The position numbers and the translations under genes were made by a program. Below are positions 10,228 to 22,435 of a stretch of 32,451 nucleotides of DNA, piece after piece; the first letter of the stretch is position 1, and each line of letters starts with the position of its first letter. The notes under the pieces are model-generated. The model was given only the letters and a program-made list of their open reading frames with translations, was not told the origin of the DNA and searched no databases. The stretch comes from Octopus bimaculoides (lineage: Eukaryota): assembly GCF_001194135.2 (NCBI RefSeq), contig NC_068990.1, forward strand, positions 4,981,213 to 5,013,663, read 5' to 3'.

Positions 10228-10336
10228 TCATTTCGCATGTTGTTAGTTCAAACGAATAAATATCAATGAGAGTTTGATGAAAAGAAAATTTCCTGTACAT
10301 ATACACATTATGTGTATGTGTGTGTGTGTGTCTATA

Positions 10337-10584
10337 CAGGGTGCGATGGGTAAATTGTCACCTTTTTTTATTTTTAATTTCATGCATGCACACTGTCTGT
10401 TTCTGATTTTGTCAACTACACAGTATAGTAGAGTCAGTTGGGCACTGTCTGTGAGAAAAACAGCACCATGATGCAATTCACTCTGCCAGAAATTTGGAAA
10501 TGACATGCTGTACTGCTTGGTATTCATGCTGGAAGCTCCAATATGAACATTTCAGAGTGTTTGAGTGTCAATCAGAGGACAGTG
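10337..10584 (+). mobile_element. mariner-like (probably DD37D/maT-type) transposon 5' end nested in the copia relic
   Basis: TA|CAGGGTGCGATGGGTAAATTGTCACC terminus. From ATG at 10468: [38 protein letters not shown], an HTH N-terminus I recognise from cephalopod mariner-like transposases. Truncated at a (TA)n tract. Confidence 0.7.
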
Positions 10585-10589
10585 TTATA

Positions 10590-10640
<51 letters not shown>

Positions 10641-10756
10641 GTGTGTGTGTATGTATATGTGTAAATGTGCATATATGTATGTATGCATATATATACATAT
10701 ATATATATATAATATATATATATGTGCGTGTGTATATATATATATANNNNNNNNNN

Positions 10757-10815
<59 letters not shown>
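10585..10815. repeat. Compound (TA)n/(TG)n microsatellite containing a 10-N gap
   Basis: Read directly; it generates the YIYI/CVCV pseudo-ORFs in the track. Confidence 0.95.
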
Positions 10816-10818
<3 letters not shown>

Positions 10819-11199
10819 AACCCATTGCCAATAATATTAAATGATACATATCATGCTTTAATTGTATTGATGTACTGAAATGGAATTGCTTGTACAAACA
10901 ATGAAACAACATGAAAAGTTGAAAGCACTTAATGCAATAATATTTCTTAATAATTTACAACAAAGATTACTTCTTCATTATTCTAATCAACACACTCTGA
11001 TTCTCACCAAAACACACGAATGGACAATTATGTGACATGAATAGGAAATTAAGGAATAGATCTTGACAGATAATTTTGATTATTATATATAGGCAACAAC
11101 TTATTCTGTTATATATCATCAATTGAACAGAATATCTTATTTTCTTATGAATACATAATGAACATATAATATATAATAAATAAGGAACAATATAGCTAA

Positions 11200-12545
11200 G
11201 CAGAGGCAAAAGAAGTAATTGATTGTAAGGGTAAGGTAATATAAAATAAGAATTATGTTATATACAAATGAGTCCTACACTTTTCATGAAACTCTTTCAA
11301 CATCATGATTATTAAAAGAAATTCAGGTATAAGAGGATAATGAAGGAAAATTGAAATAATCTGGAAGAAAACTCTCCATTGTACATTAGTAAAACCATGA
11401 AGTTTGTAATGTTAACTGCATCAGTTATGAATTGTAAAGTGTGGACTCGCAATTTCATTTTGGCATTTTTGCAAAGAAGTGTTCCTTAAGCTACCTTCTA
11501 ATATGTACAGAAAATAGTGAATTTGGAATAGTGAAGTTGCACCTGTCATGGTACAAGAAAGTAGCTTAATCACTGATTGGGTTTAGAGCAGGTATGATAA
11601 TACTTTATTTCACTGGCATGATGCAAATGAGAATTTGAATATGTATTGTGTGGAAATAAATTGTTTGTAAAAGATGTGGGTGATAACAGTAATGAAAAAA
11701 GAAATTCAAATATGGAAGTCATTAGAACGGAATATTCAAGTACTTAAGATTGAATGTTAATTAATCCAAGAATAGAATTATTGCAGATCAAGACTAACAC
11801 ATCATACATTTCTCCACCAGAAAGAAAGAAAGTAAGACTACTGATGAAAAATTACAAGTTTAGTGGAGATGAAAACTTTGAATTTAGAAAACTTGCAGCC
11901 CAGATAATGACGATGTCTACTCAGACTTACCCAGATGTTATATGAGCAATACTGGGAAACATCCTAAACTGAAGATTCTAATTAAAGTTAATAAAATCAT
12001 TAAATCTTAAATCCAGGAAAAGTTTCTTATTTCCCAAGTTGGAAACACTTCAACTCTGAACATTTCTGTTCTTTTGATGCCACTTATGCTAGTTTAGAAG
12101 TGGAATCTTCATAGGGTTGTTATACTGTCTTTGTTGAAGGTAATGGGAAAAGATAGCAAGATGGCCACAATATGTTGGAGATCAAACAACTGGATTATAT
12201 AACAAAGTCCATTAACTCTAGAGGCTCTTGTATTCAGTGATGAAGCTGATACTAGTGTTTTAGTTGCTGATGTGAAACAGGAAATATTCCAACTACTCAT
12301 ATTACCATAAGTACTCTATGAAACTGAAAACTCATCATATGTAGAAACCTTAAATTAATTTTACTTTGATATTGGTCGTTGTCAAAGTGTTGAAATATCA
12401 AGAATAAAGAAATGGTGATCGACAAGGAAGTTCAGGTAGAATGAATCAGAGATCATGGACAAATTTCAGACTGTATGCTATAAGCAAGTGCTTTCTGAGA
12501 CTTGGAGAGACATACTACATCAGCAAGTACTGTTACTGTTCATTC
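11200..12545 (+). pseudogene. Ty1/copia reverse transcriptase and RNase H remnant
   Basis: Stitched frames: ENSPLYISKTMKFVMLTASVMNCKVWTRNFILAFLQ (DSPT...D...AFLQ); YDNTLFHWHD (YDPALFYWH); EFRKLAAQIMTMSTQTYPDV (FRSL.GQLNW..TQTRPDI); KVNKIIK; FDATYASLE (SDASYANL); ICWRS..QSPLTLEALVFSDEAD; VEISRI.EMV..KEVQVE*I...QISDCM (QLADCLTK). Many stops and frameshifts; the catalytic xVDD is not recognisable. Confidence 0.85.
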
Positions 12546-13475
12546 TGTATATTATATCATTTTGAACAATAGCTATAGGTATACTGTGTTCATCAGTATT
12601 TAGAGTTTTAAAGACTTTCTATTTACCAGAATTTTCTCCTCATCATTAGGTCAAGGCAGGAAATATAAATGCCTGCAGCTTTTTATATATTTTTCTCAGG
12701 ACTGTATGAGAAAAGGTGGAAATTTCCCTCAAACCAAAGAACTATCCCAAATGCTTGCAGCAGTGTGAACTTCGCTAGAAATACCCAAGAAATATGTAAT
12801 GGTTTTATAGGGGGTGATAGATTAACTCTACCATCCTTTGTATGCTTTGTACATAAAACTCTGTTTAAACTGTTACAGGATGCAGAGTTGGAATCAAAAG
12901 TTAAACCAAGAACGCAGGAGAGAAAACCACCAATAATGATATGTGATTTATCTCCCTTCTGTTTTGATATAAGTATTTAAGATAGCAACTGAAACCATCG
13001 TGACATGCAGTCAAGAAGAATATTTATAGTTTATAAGCCAGATTGAATAAATTACATAAATTAGAGAATAATCCCATCATTACAAGCAGTTCTTATTAAG
13101 AATAATGCAAAGTAGACAGAGAATTTATTACTTTCAAAGTAGGCAAAAATTCAATGAATAACTGTAAAATTTGCCATGGATTAAATCCCATCTTTGTTTC
13201 TCTGTTTTCAACGTTGTTTCATTTAGGAAACATTAATATTGGAATTATTAGCTTACAGATATTTCTATTAAATTAAATTTTAACTCGTGTACAACAGTAA
13301 CCTTTTGTTACACCAAGCAGAAACGTTTTAAATGCATTTACTGATGTTGTTTCAAAGACAATATTATGAAGTGTCTCAAAAATTCACATTTTAAAAGAGA
13401 TATTTAGTTTGAGTCAAATACTGTGGTTTGCCTTTGAAAAATATACTCATAAAATGAAAAGAAACCCTTAACAGA

Positions 13476-13590
13476 CCTTTTCAGAATAAGTAATAAAAAA
13501 TGAGAACCTTTATAGAAGCAATAAAAAGAGAGTCCCTTTATAGAATAAGCAATAAAGGAAGACATCCTTTACAGAATAAGCAATAAAAGA
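13476..13590. repeat. ~30-bp minisatellite x4 (CCTTTAYAGAATAAGCAATAAAA core)
   Basis: CCTTT starts at 13476, 13507, 13535 and 13566; each unit carries AATAAA. Confidence 0.85.
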
Positions 13591-14172
13591 ATCCTCATTT
13601 GATTAGATGGAAAATCCGAGTAAAAGTATGATAAACTGAAGTGGACAAGAATTTTAAGACAAGCAATATCATCAATAAGAAATTTACCATGTATTGCAGC
13701 CAATTTTCATTACTGAAATAGCCAGCAAGAGGCCTTGTAAAATTATATTGGGTAAACAGTGTCATAGATATCTCTGCAACTACAGATTTAAAACTATCAG
13801 GTCATTAAAAATGAAATGTCCGATTTTGAACTGAAAGTTTATTTTACTTTATCTTCACAAAAAGCAATGCAGTTAATCAAAGTATGTACCTAAATTATCA
13901 ACACATTTATGTTAGCAGTGTCAAATTAAGGTTGACTTTTTGTTTGTATAGGATCTTCAGAATGTTTTATTGATATTATTATATTAAGATGAATTTCATA
14001 TAACAGCAATGAATGAGCTATATTCAGTCAGAAATCAAAGTATTTTGATTCTTGTAATCAAAATAGTTTTAATGTGTTTTTTGAAGTTAATTAGAACAAT
14101 GTAATAATATATGGATTTTATAACCCCGATCATCCCTTTTATAATCATTCACTTGTGCATGGTGACGGTACT

Positions 14173-14347
14173 TAATAATAATCCTTTCTACTATAAGCAT
14201 AAGGCCTGGAATTTTGGAGAAGGGGAAAAGTCGATTACATGGACCCCAGTGCATAATTGACACTTATTTAATTGACCCCAAAAGGATGAAAGGCAAAATC
14301 AACCTCAGCGGAATTTGAACTCAGAACGTAATGGCAGATGAAATACC
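14173..14347 (-). mobile_element. tRNA-derived SINE family B (Meta-domain-like), 5'-truncated
   Basis: Minus strand CTGAGTTCAAATTCCGCTGAGGTTGATTTTGCCTTTCATCCTTTTGGGGTC...GTAGAAAGGATTATTATTA is collinear with 22215-22435. Confidence 0.75.
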
Positions 14348-15477
14348 AGTAATCAATACCGATAATTAATAATAACACTGAAAATTAATAATAATAATAA
14401 TTTGTTTCATAAACATTACATTGTGTACAGAAACTAGCAATATGATTTTTGGCCTGATTCCACTTTGGGTAAGTGTCTTTTAGCATAGTATCAACTCATG
14501 AAATATTAAATTTTTAAATGAATTTAGCAGTGACTGAAACTGTCTTCTTTATAATTAGTACAAATTTTTTTCATTATTTTTTATTTTCTTAAATTCAGCA
14601 ATTAAAAAATAAGTATTAAACATAAGCGATTACTAAAATGTTACTGAAAACCATGTCTTGAAAACTTATAAGTAATAATAGTGATTTCATTTGAAAATTT
14701 GAAAAAAGAACAAGGCTATATATTGAAGCAACAACACACGTCCAACAAAAATTTAGTTAAAACACCAATACCCATATCCTTTTTACAAGTGGCGACAGTA
14801 GTAGCCATGCTGCTAAGTTTGCCTGGCAACTATATAGCATCATTGGAAAGCGTCATCAGCCAAATGCTTTGGGTGAAATTTCCTTGTCAGACACTCTATG
14901 GATGTCCATCAGAAGGAATATTCTTGTTCTTGGGTGATAAACTTAATTCATCTGTGCAAGTGAAATTTGCTTAAGAGAAACTATATCTGAAGTATGCAGA
15001 AAGCATCTTTCTAATTCTTTGATGATAGACACAGAAGGGGAAGACTACCTACTTTAACATTACCACCTGTCTATGGAGTACTGTTATCAAAGTCACTTAG
15101 TTGCAAGCATTTGGGCTAAGTCTTTGGTCTGAAGATTACTTCTTCTCTTCTCCCAACTGACACAGTTGCCTTGTAACGGATTATGAGTGTGACCATTTCA
15201 CTCCTAACAAAGCCATTGAAAATAAAAGTTTTTAGAAAATGCAAGAGGTTTATATTAAGTTTATCCATGCAAGACTACAGAGAATTATTCAGAATGAAAG
15301 ATGAATTCCCCAAAATAAACATTTCTTAGTCAAACAGAAAACCTGTAGTTAATATGCAATGAGAAATAGCAAACTATGACATTCACTCTAATCTCAATGT
15401 CATTATACAATGTTAAAACATGAAGATGCAAATGAAGTATAAGGGATCCAATGTGGAACCCTAACACAACTGTCATA

Positions 15478-15766
15478 ACTGGCTCTTGGTTGATTATAAC
15501 AATAAGTGTTCCAGTTAATCCAATCAATGGACAGCCTGCTTGTGAAATTACATGTGAGTGACTGAGCACTCCACAGACATGCATACAGTGCTCAGAGAGA
15601 TTCAGTGTGACACAGAGTGTGACAAGGCTGGCCCTTTGAAATACCGGTACAACTCATTTTTGCCAACTAAGAGGACTGAAGCAGTGCTCAATGACAAAAC
15701 ACATTGCCAGGAATCATACCCATGACCTTGAGCCGAATACCCTAACAACTGATTCATGTACCTTCA
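15478..15766 (-). mobile_element. Third SINE-like family (family C), diverged
   Basis: Minus strand has a tRNA-like head (GTTGTTAGGGTATTCGGCTC..GGTCATGGGTATGATTCCTGG), then GCTTCAGTCC..AGTTGGCAAAAATGAGT and CCAGCCTTGTCACACTCTGTGTCAC. Only one copy is in the window. Confidence 0.45.
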
Positions 15767-15778
15767 CAACTGACATAG

Positions 15779-15925
15779 CAATAAGGATTCCTTACATTAG
15801 CACAAAGGTACAAATTTGTTTTCAGAGTAAAACTGACTGAATTAACTTTAGTATATTTTTATTGACCCACACATACCTGAGAGATGAAAGGCAAAGATGA
15901 TCTTGGTAAGATATAAATTAAGAAT
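15779..15925 (-). mobile_element. Degraded family B SINE
   Basis: GATGAAAGGCAAAG and TTTATTGACCC blocks match the 14173 copy. Confidence 0.4.
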
Positions 15926-17879
15926 TAAAAAAAAAAAAATGGTCTGAAACTTCTTTAGAGATTTAGTATGCCATTTCTACCTTTCTATCAGCCTTTAGAG
16001 GAAATGAAATAGTTTCAGCAGGTGATTTAAACTGTTGTACGGACTCAGCGAACTGCGATTTTATCTGTTTTTAAAGAAATAATTTTCTTTATTATCACTA
16101 GACTCTTTACAAATGAGGAAAGAGTTTGGTACATAATGACGAAAGCAATACTCTAAAGCAGAGTACAATGCAAAAATAGGCAGAAAGCAAACTCTAATCA
16201 CAAACAAAACTTAAAAAATACCTTGAGTGATGGTTATATGAAGCTTAATCACATTGGTTCTACTTAGTATAGTGGCATACAGACCAAAATCACTTCTTCA
16301 AAGAAATAAAACTATATTAGTCATGAAACATTTATGACAGATTTGAAAACTTTATTGTTTTAGACGAACTACAAGGAATTCATATGAAAATAGGATAAAA
16401 CCTTGAATATATGAATACATATAAATCTCTAACAGTCATGTTTTCAATGTGACATACATGCACATAAACACACACATATGCACATATGCATGCACACACA
16501 CAAAATATATATGTATAAAATTCTTAATGTTTCCAACAATAAGTCAAATTTATTGCAAAATTATTCTGAAGAATTTGGAATTCATTACTCAGCATATTAC
16601 AAATGATCAAACATACTGAAGATAACGGCTTGGATTTTGCATTCTGCATTAATTTCGCTTGCCCAGTGCAGGTGACTGCTATAAAATTCTTTTCAGATGC
16701 AACTATAAAGTGAATCTGTCTTTGTCTCCCATTAGGAATCATAGCTGTGACTTCTTATCATTTAATATTGAGAATTTAAAATTAGATAATTTTCTAAGCA
16801 TAGTATTGATTTTGGAAAAAATCTAACTTTCAGTTGTTTTAACTTTGTCTTAATGTAGGTTCTACTGTCTTCTTTAAAGCATCGTACTAGGCAAAAGAGG
16901 CATAGTTTCATTATGAATATATTATAGGATCATATAACAGACAGCTGTAATATAAATATAAATCAATTAGTTCCAATAAAAGTAAATTCACTTTTATTAG
17001 CAACTTGCTTCTCAGTAATAAAAATTACATGCCTGTACTATTGAATTATAAGTTTCTGATAAAAGATTTCTTTTTAATTTAACATATCAGGGAACATTGG
17101 TCATAGTAAATCTATTTCACCAAATTATTCTAATTCTAAAACTCTAATCAATGATATTTTCATGTCTTTTTTTATCAAGAAAACTGATAAAAAAATGTTA
17201 ATTGTCATAAGATTCTTTGGCAAAAATAAATACTAAAAGAAACCCTTTTTGAATCAACAACAGTTCTAACTCTTTCATGAAATGCTCTTTAAATCAGTAA
17301 ATACCTTTAATTTTGATCTAAGCAATGATGAAAAGATTCGGCCAGTTGTTAAGAATTCAAGAACCAATGTGTTCCCTTCTGATCTTGTTCTGTTTCAGCT
17401 TCTCTTCTTGCTAGATTTGGATATTTGTACTTCCTCTCATAAAAATTCTTAAACATTTCCTGTCAGTTGGATGTATTGCCAGGATCATAAAATTATATCA
17501 TTCAAACACTTTCCTCAATCTAATTTATCCTTTAAAATGACATTGGCTTAAATACATAATGTGTGTGTAGATAAGCCTGCAGTTATTAATATTTGTGAGG
17601 ATGAATAATTTGGTTATGAGAAGAATCACTGAAGATGAGTCAATTCTCCTGAAATTCAGCATTGAAGTACTCATAAGATTCATGAATGACTTAATAGTTC
17701 CATCAACATCAAAGGTATGCACATTATTTTAAGTATTTCATCAGCTGAAAATTTTGATAATATTTTTTTATTGGAATATTGTAAAAATGCTTTCTGGGTT
17801 GATAATCGTTTTCTGTCTTGAAATGATTCTAGTTTTTTTTTTTTTTTCTCGAAGGGAAATCATACAACATAATAAAAGA

Positions 17880-18715
17880 CAGGATTTTCTCTTGCTAGAC
17901 ACCATTGAAGACTTTGCTAACATCTATGTCAAGGACAACAAGATTGCTTCTAGCTACCTGCCAATGGAATCTATCTCACATGTCTTGGACTGAATGTTAC
18001 ACTTCTCCATCACAGTGAACAAAGTGGTGTTTTCTCTAGTCCTCCTTCCAAATACCATTTCACCAAGGTTCAGTTGTATGCCTCACTCTTTTTGTAGTCA
18101 TTAAAAACTTAATTGCTATTACTTCTAACCACAAATATCCCTATGTACATAATACACCTTTCACTTCGTCATATCCTTCTACACACAAGTATCCTTCATC
18201 TACAACCTCATACCAGATTCCACTGCTTCCATAGCAAGTCTGAACCATCCTAAGAGGTACATGATAAAGGAGTCATCAACAGCACAAAAACAGAATCACA
18301 GCAGATACTAAGCCAACAATGTTGCAGTATAACCTTATGAACAAGAGATAGTAAAACCTAAAATGTTACTGGCTAGTTCACATGTAAATTCTTGCCAAAT
18401 GTACATCCTAAGATTAAACTTCCATTTCAGAGCCCAAAACTATGCATCATCTTGGTTCAGTTTCTGAAACTTCACAATGTTCAAATGCAACTTAGATTTG
18501 TGTATTGATCACAAATCTATAATGGTGTTGGTGCTATATGTACGAACACTTATGACTACATATCTGAAAAAGGCCACTGAGCTGAATCCAAAGAATCAGT
18601 CACAAATACAGTCTAAGAACGGACTCACAAATGTATTGTTTCTACTCTATGATTCCATGGTTTCAGATTGCTTTTTACTGTCATATAATATACCAATCCT
18701 CCTCTCATCATCCTC
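17880..18715 (-). mobile_element. Possible ancient CR1/L2-type LINE relic
   Basis: Minus strand LVVLDIDVSKVFNGV*QEKIL (17881-17948) resembles RT LDISKAFD.VWH..LL. MMRGGLVYYMTVKSNL (18664-18711) resembles the APE endonuclease RGGGV..YVK. The two motifs are closer than in intact elements. Confidence 0.3.
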
Positions 18716-19855
18716 GATGTGTTTCATTCTACAAAACTCTCAGTAAACCCATTTTTCAATTGTTCCTTCCTTATGCTGCTGCTTGATGGCATCTTCTCTC
18801 CCTACTCAGAAACATTTTTATTATAGAAATTTAAAATTAACATTTTTATCAACTCCAACATTCTTGTAAGGCCTAAACCTGACTAAACGTTTCAAACTAG
18901 TTTTTAAAAATTTTTTTATTCCTTAGACCTATCATACACTGTAAGTCAAAGGTTAAGTTCTGATACATACATAAATTTTAGTTAACTGGTTTTGCAGATA
19001 TTCCTAAGAATTCTTTTTGTTGATCAAGGCTGTTTTTAGCATGACATCAAATTAATAGATATACTGGAGTGTCTCAGAAGAATCAAAAGAAAATGGATTC
19101 TCATAACTTTTAGCTCAATGAATTAAAAACAAAATATATTCTCAAACAACTTTTTCCAAAATTTCTTACATATTACAGTATTTTTTTTTAAATTTAGGAA
19201 AATCTTTGTTAATTTAATACAGAAGAATATCTGGTTATCCATTTAGCTTTCTTACTCAATTTCACTGTCTCCATATTGCTAAAACTTGTTTTATCTGTTG
19301 CTGCTATCTCAGGAAAAATAACAGTAAATTCTAGTTCATCTATCAGTATTTTTTTTTCAACTAGATTACCTTCAAATTGAATTTATATAATTCTTAGTGC
19401 ACAAATGAAAGCCAAATATCATTAATTTATACACAGCATCAATCTCACCGCATCAAACCTGAGAAGGCATGCAAGAACCATAGAAATACAGTTTTATCAG
19501 AAATATTGTCTAACCTCCATGTTGTAGCAATTTTTCGCCCATGAGTTTTCTCCCCTATAGTTGCAGGTACATTTTGTTGCCTTCAGAAGTTAAAATAATC
19601 ACAACACTAGACTATCCCATAATCGTCAGAGCATTAAGTGCTCCTCATGGCTGCAGGTTCATGATATGGTTGTGATCTGTAAACAGTTTTTAGTAGGAAC
19701 CGGAAAGAGAAGTATGAACATGCAATGCACATGTGCACACTGAATTCATAATATAGAAGAGAAGAATAAAAATGCAATGTCAAACAAGTTATATGAAGGT
19801 CTGCACGCCATATGTGACACCACTATCATGCAGCTTTGCTGGAATTTTTTTGTTT

Positions 19856-20370
19856 CAAAATGGACAGCTGATTTGTTCGGCAATTTCCTTAGAAATTTTT
19901 TTTATTTATTTACTCTTGTTTTCAAGCCCTACTGAAGCATTGCCTTTAAAGTTGGTGAGGGAGGTGAAAAGTGAAACAGACACTCGCATGTGCGTGCACA
20001 CTCACACACACACACATACATACATACATGCATGCATACATACATACATGCATGCATGCATATTTACATACATAACATTCAAAAGGTATGTATATATATA
20101 TTCATGTATGTGTATATGAAAGATAATGGGTGTACGTATGTGTGTGCTTGCATGTGAACATGTTCAGCTGTGTGCATATGTGTGTGTGCGTGTGTGTGTG
20201 TGTGTGTGTGTATGTGTGCGCGCGCGCGTGTAAGCGCATGTGAGCATCTGTTTCACTTTTCACCAGCTTGAAAGGCAAATGTCAGCTTCAACAGGACATG
20301 AAAACAAAATCAAATAAATAAATAAATAATTCTCTATGGAAATAGCCAAACAAATCAGCTGTCCATTTTG
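19856..20370. repeat. Foldback / long inverted repeat: ~138-bp arms around complementary CA- and TG-rich microsatellites
   Basis: CAAAATGGACAGCTGATTTGTT (19856) pairs with AACAAATCAGCTGTCCATTTTG (ending 20370). Pairing continues inward through TTGTTTTCA, TGAAGC, GCCTTT and GGTGAAAAGTGAAACAGA (19963, pairing with the segment ending 20264). Confidence 0.85.
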
Positions 20371-22024
20371 ACAGACTTGGTACTATCATCAAAAGAATGT
20401 CCATACACTCGACATATGCAAAGACTGTATCACAAAGATTGGCTTTTCCACCTCATAGCCATAAAATACTTCAGCCCCCAACAGCTACTCTGTCCAAAAT
20501 CCAGGTGAGACCTACAATGATGTATTAATCCCACATATAATATGGCACTATGACTACATACACGCACACACACCTACAAACATGCAAATGTTGAAGGTCA
20601 AATCCAATGAAATGTTACTTGATTGATTGACTTGAAGTTGCTCACCAACACATTGCAACCCTTGACATACAGACATGTAGTCTCTTCGCCATGCCTTTTA
20701 TTTTAATATTACTACTATGATACCTGCTCCTTAAAGCTGATTGGTCTCATGCTACCTTCTTTCAGGCATTTCTGACTCACACATCTCTCTTCCTCTTGTC
20801 ACTCACATTGCATGGCTTCACTTCATCACCAGCTTTGTATTCATGCCTGGCACAATTTTTCTTCCTGTAGCTGTCAACTTGCAATTATTCAACAGGAACA
20901 TTGATCATGATCTCACCAATCTCTCAAGGCCTTTGTGGCCGTAGAAACAGCTCTTTCTTCCAGTTTAGGCAACATTAGAAACATAAAAAATATAAATCTG
21001 ATTCATAAATAATTTTCAGTTAAATAGCATGATATTGTATGAATCCTTTGGAATAAAGTATCTTGCTTAAGTGATCCATTCAACAAACGGAATACCAATG
21101 ACTGAATTTGAAACCTGCTTCATTAAATAGGCAACCAAAGAATATATTACATTAATTTTGTGATTTAGTTATACAATGAATGATAAGTTGTAACATAACA
21201 TAATGCTTGTAACAAAGTACTAATTTCTGAAACTCTTCTGAACCAAATAAATTAGGTTTGATAAAATCAATATAAGACATACTTTAAACCTGCTTACTAG
21301 CTGCTACGCTATCAGAAAAATCCAAGCTTTTAACCATTTAGTAATTCTGTCAGGCTTTGTTTATTTTAAGTATGTATTTCTCTATTTATCTTTCAACTAG
21401 ATTTCTACTAATTTCCCTGGATATCAACAGACATAAAAGACTTAACAGTATAGAATAGGTCTATGAATAAATCCAATTAATTGCATTCCACTATATACAC
21501 TCAAATAAATTATAAAATTGAAAACAACAAAATTAAGTAGGGGAAATAATTAATACAAAATTTCCTGAAGCTGTATACACATTTATACTGCTATTTAAAC
21601 ATACATAATTACAAAACACGTACTCATGCAACTACATAAATATACACATCAAATTAGATGTGTACTTACGTGTTCATACGTATATAGTCATATATACCTC
21701 CTCATACACACAAGCCTTTTTATCTTTTTTTAACCAAATCTGATTTTGATTTTTTTCATACAGATTCTATGTAAAACAATAAAGGTAGACGCTGTTTTGT
21801 TGCATAGGTCAATTTGATTTTCAGTATTGAACAGTAAGAACTAAGCTAAATGGAAATAGTATTAGCGAGGCATTGTATGCCTTACAGAAATAATTAAATC
21901 TGGCATTGCATCTATAATGGCTACTCTTTCATATAAAAAGCTATTCTTTAATCATCTGCAAGAAATGTATATTTTTTCCAATATTAATAAACCATGCATA
22001 AATGTATAGATATTTGTATGTATG

Positions 22025-22056
<32 letters not shown>

Positions 22057-22063
22057 CATGTAT

Positions 22064-22134
22064 GTATGCATCAATTGACGAATATGTGAAAATATGTGAA
22101 AGTATGCATCAATTGACGAATATGTGAAAATATG
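22064..22134. repeat. Perfect 33-bp direct duplication (38-bp period) at the end of a (TATG)n tract
   Basis: GTATGCATCAATTGACGAATATGTGAAAATATG starts at 22064 and at 22102. Confidence 0.9.
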
Positions 22135-22214
22135 CATGGAACTGTATCCATATTTTTGCGGTTGAATACATTTTAGTAGGTAGATAGGTAGGTTAATCGT
22201 TATTTTAACATCCA

Positions 22215-22435
22215 AAGGCAACGAGCTGGCAGAAACATTCGCACGCTGAGCAAAATGCTTTGCGATATTTTGTCTGTCTTTACATACTGAGTTCAAATTC
22301 TGCTGAGGTCGACTTTACCTTTCATCATTTCAGGGTCGATAAATTAAATAACAGTTGCACACTGGGGTTGATCTAATCGACTGGCCCCCTCCCCAAAAGT
22401 TTTCGGGCCTTGTGCCTAGAGTAGAAAAAATTATT
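22215..22435 (+). mobile_element. tRNA-derived SINE family B (Meta-domain-like), near full length
   Basis: AAGGCAACGAGCTGGCAGAAAC head, GAGTTCAAATTC B-box-like motif, GAGGTCGACTTTACCTTTCATCATTTCAGGGTCGATAAATTAA central domain, and GGCCTTGTGCCTAGAGTAGAAAAAATTATT tail. Confidence 0.75.

Larger units (their letters stand above)
9385..12545 (+). mobile_element. Decayed Ty1/copia LTR retrotransposon (internal region); no LTRs recognised
   Basis: Gag-like, zinc-knuckle-like and protease-like remnants (9385-10227), a weak integrase C-terminal trace (~10815-10860, HNPLPIILND), then clear RT and RNase H remnants (11200-12545). All are on one strand and in copia domain order. Confidence 0.7.

Noticed and set aside
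10543-10912. ORFs rich in YIYI, CVCV or HTHT (also at 2742, 6577, 7626, 19772, 22461, 25259 and 28347)
   Set aside because: Translations of dinucleotide microsatellites and SINEs.
12546-12620. Search for copia LTRs, PBS and PPT here and at about 9290-9385
   Set aside because: No matching direct repeats or convincing PBS/PPT were found, so LTRs are not annotated.
19590-19720. Good minus-strand acceptor (pyrimidine tract ...CTGTTTACAG at 19677) opening DHNHIMNLQP* or SQPYHEPAAMRST*
   Set aside because: No recognisable protein and no linked upstream exon; cannot be supported without RNA-seq.
20440-20512. Possible 46-nt plus-strand exon (CTCATAG|CCATAAAA...ATCCAG|GTGAGA)
   Set aside because: Plausible splice sites occur by chance at this density; the peptide is unrecognisable and has no partner exons.
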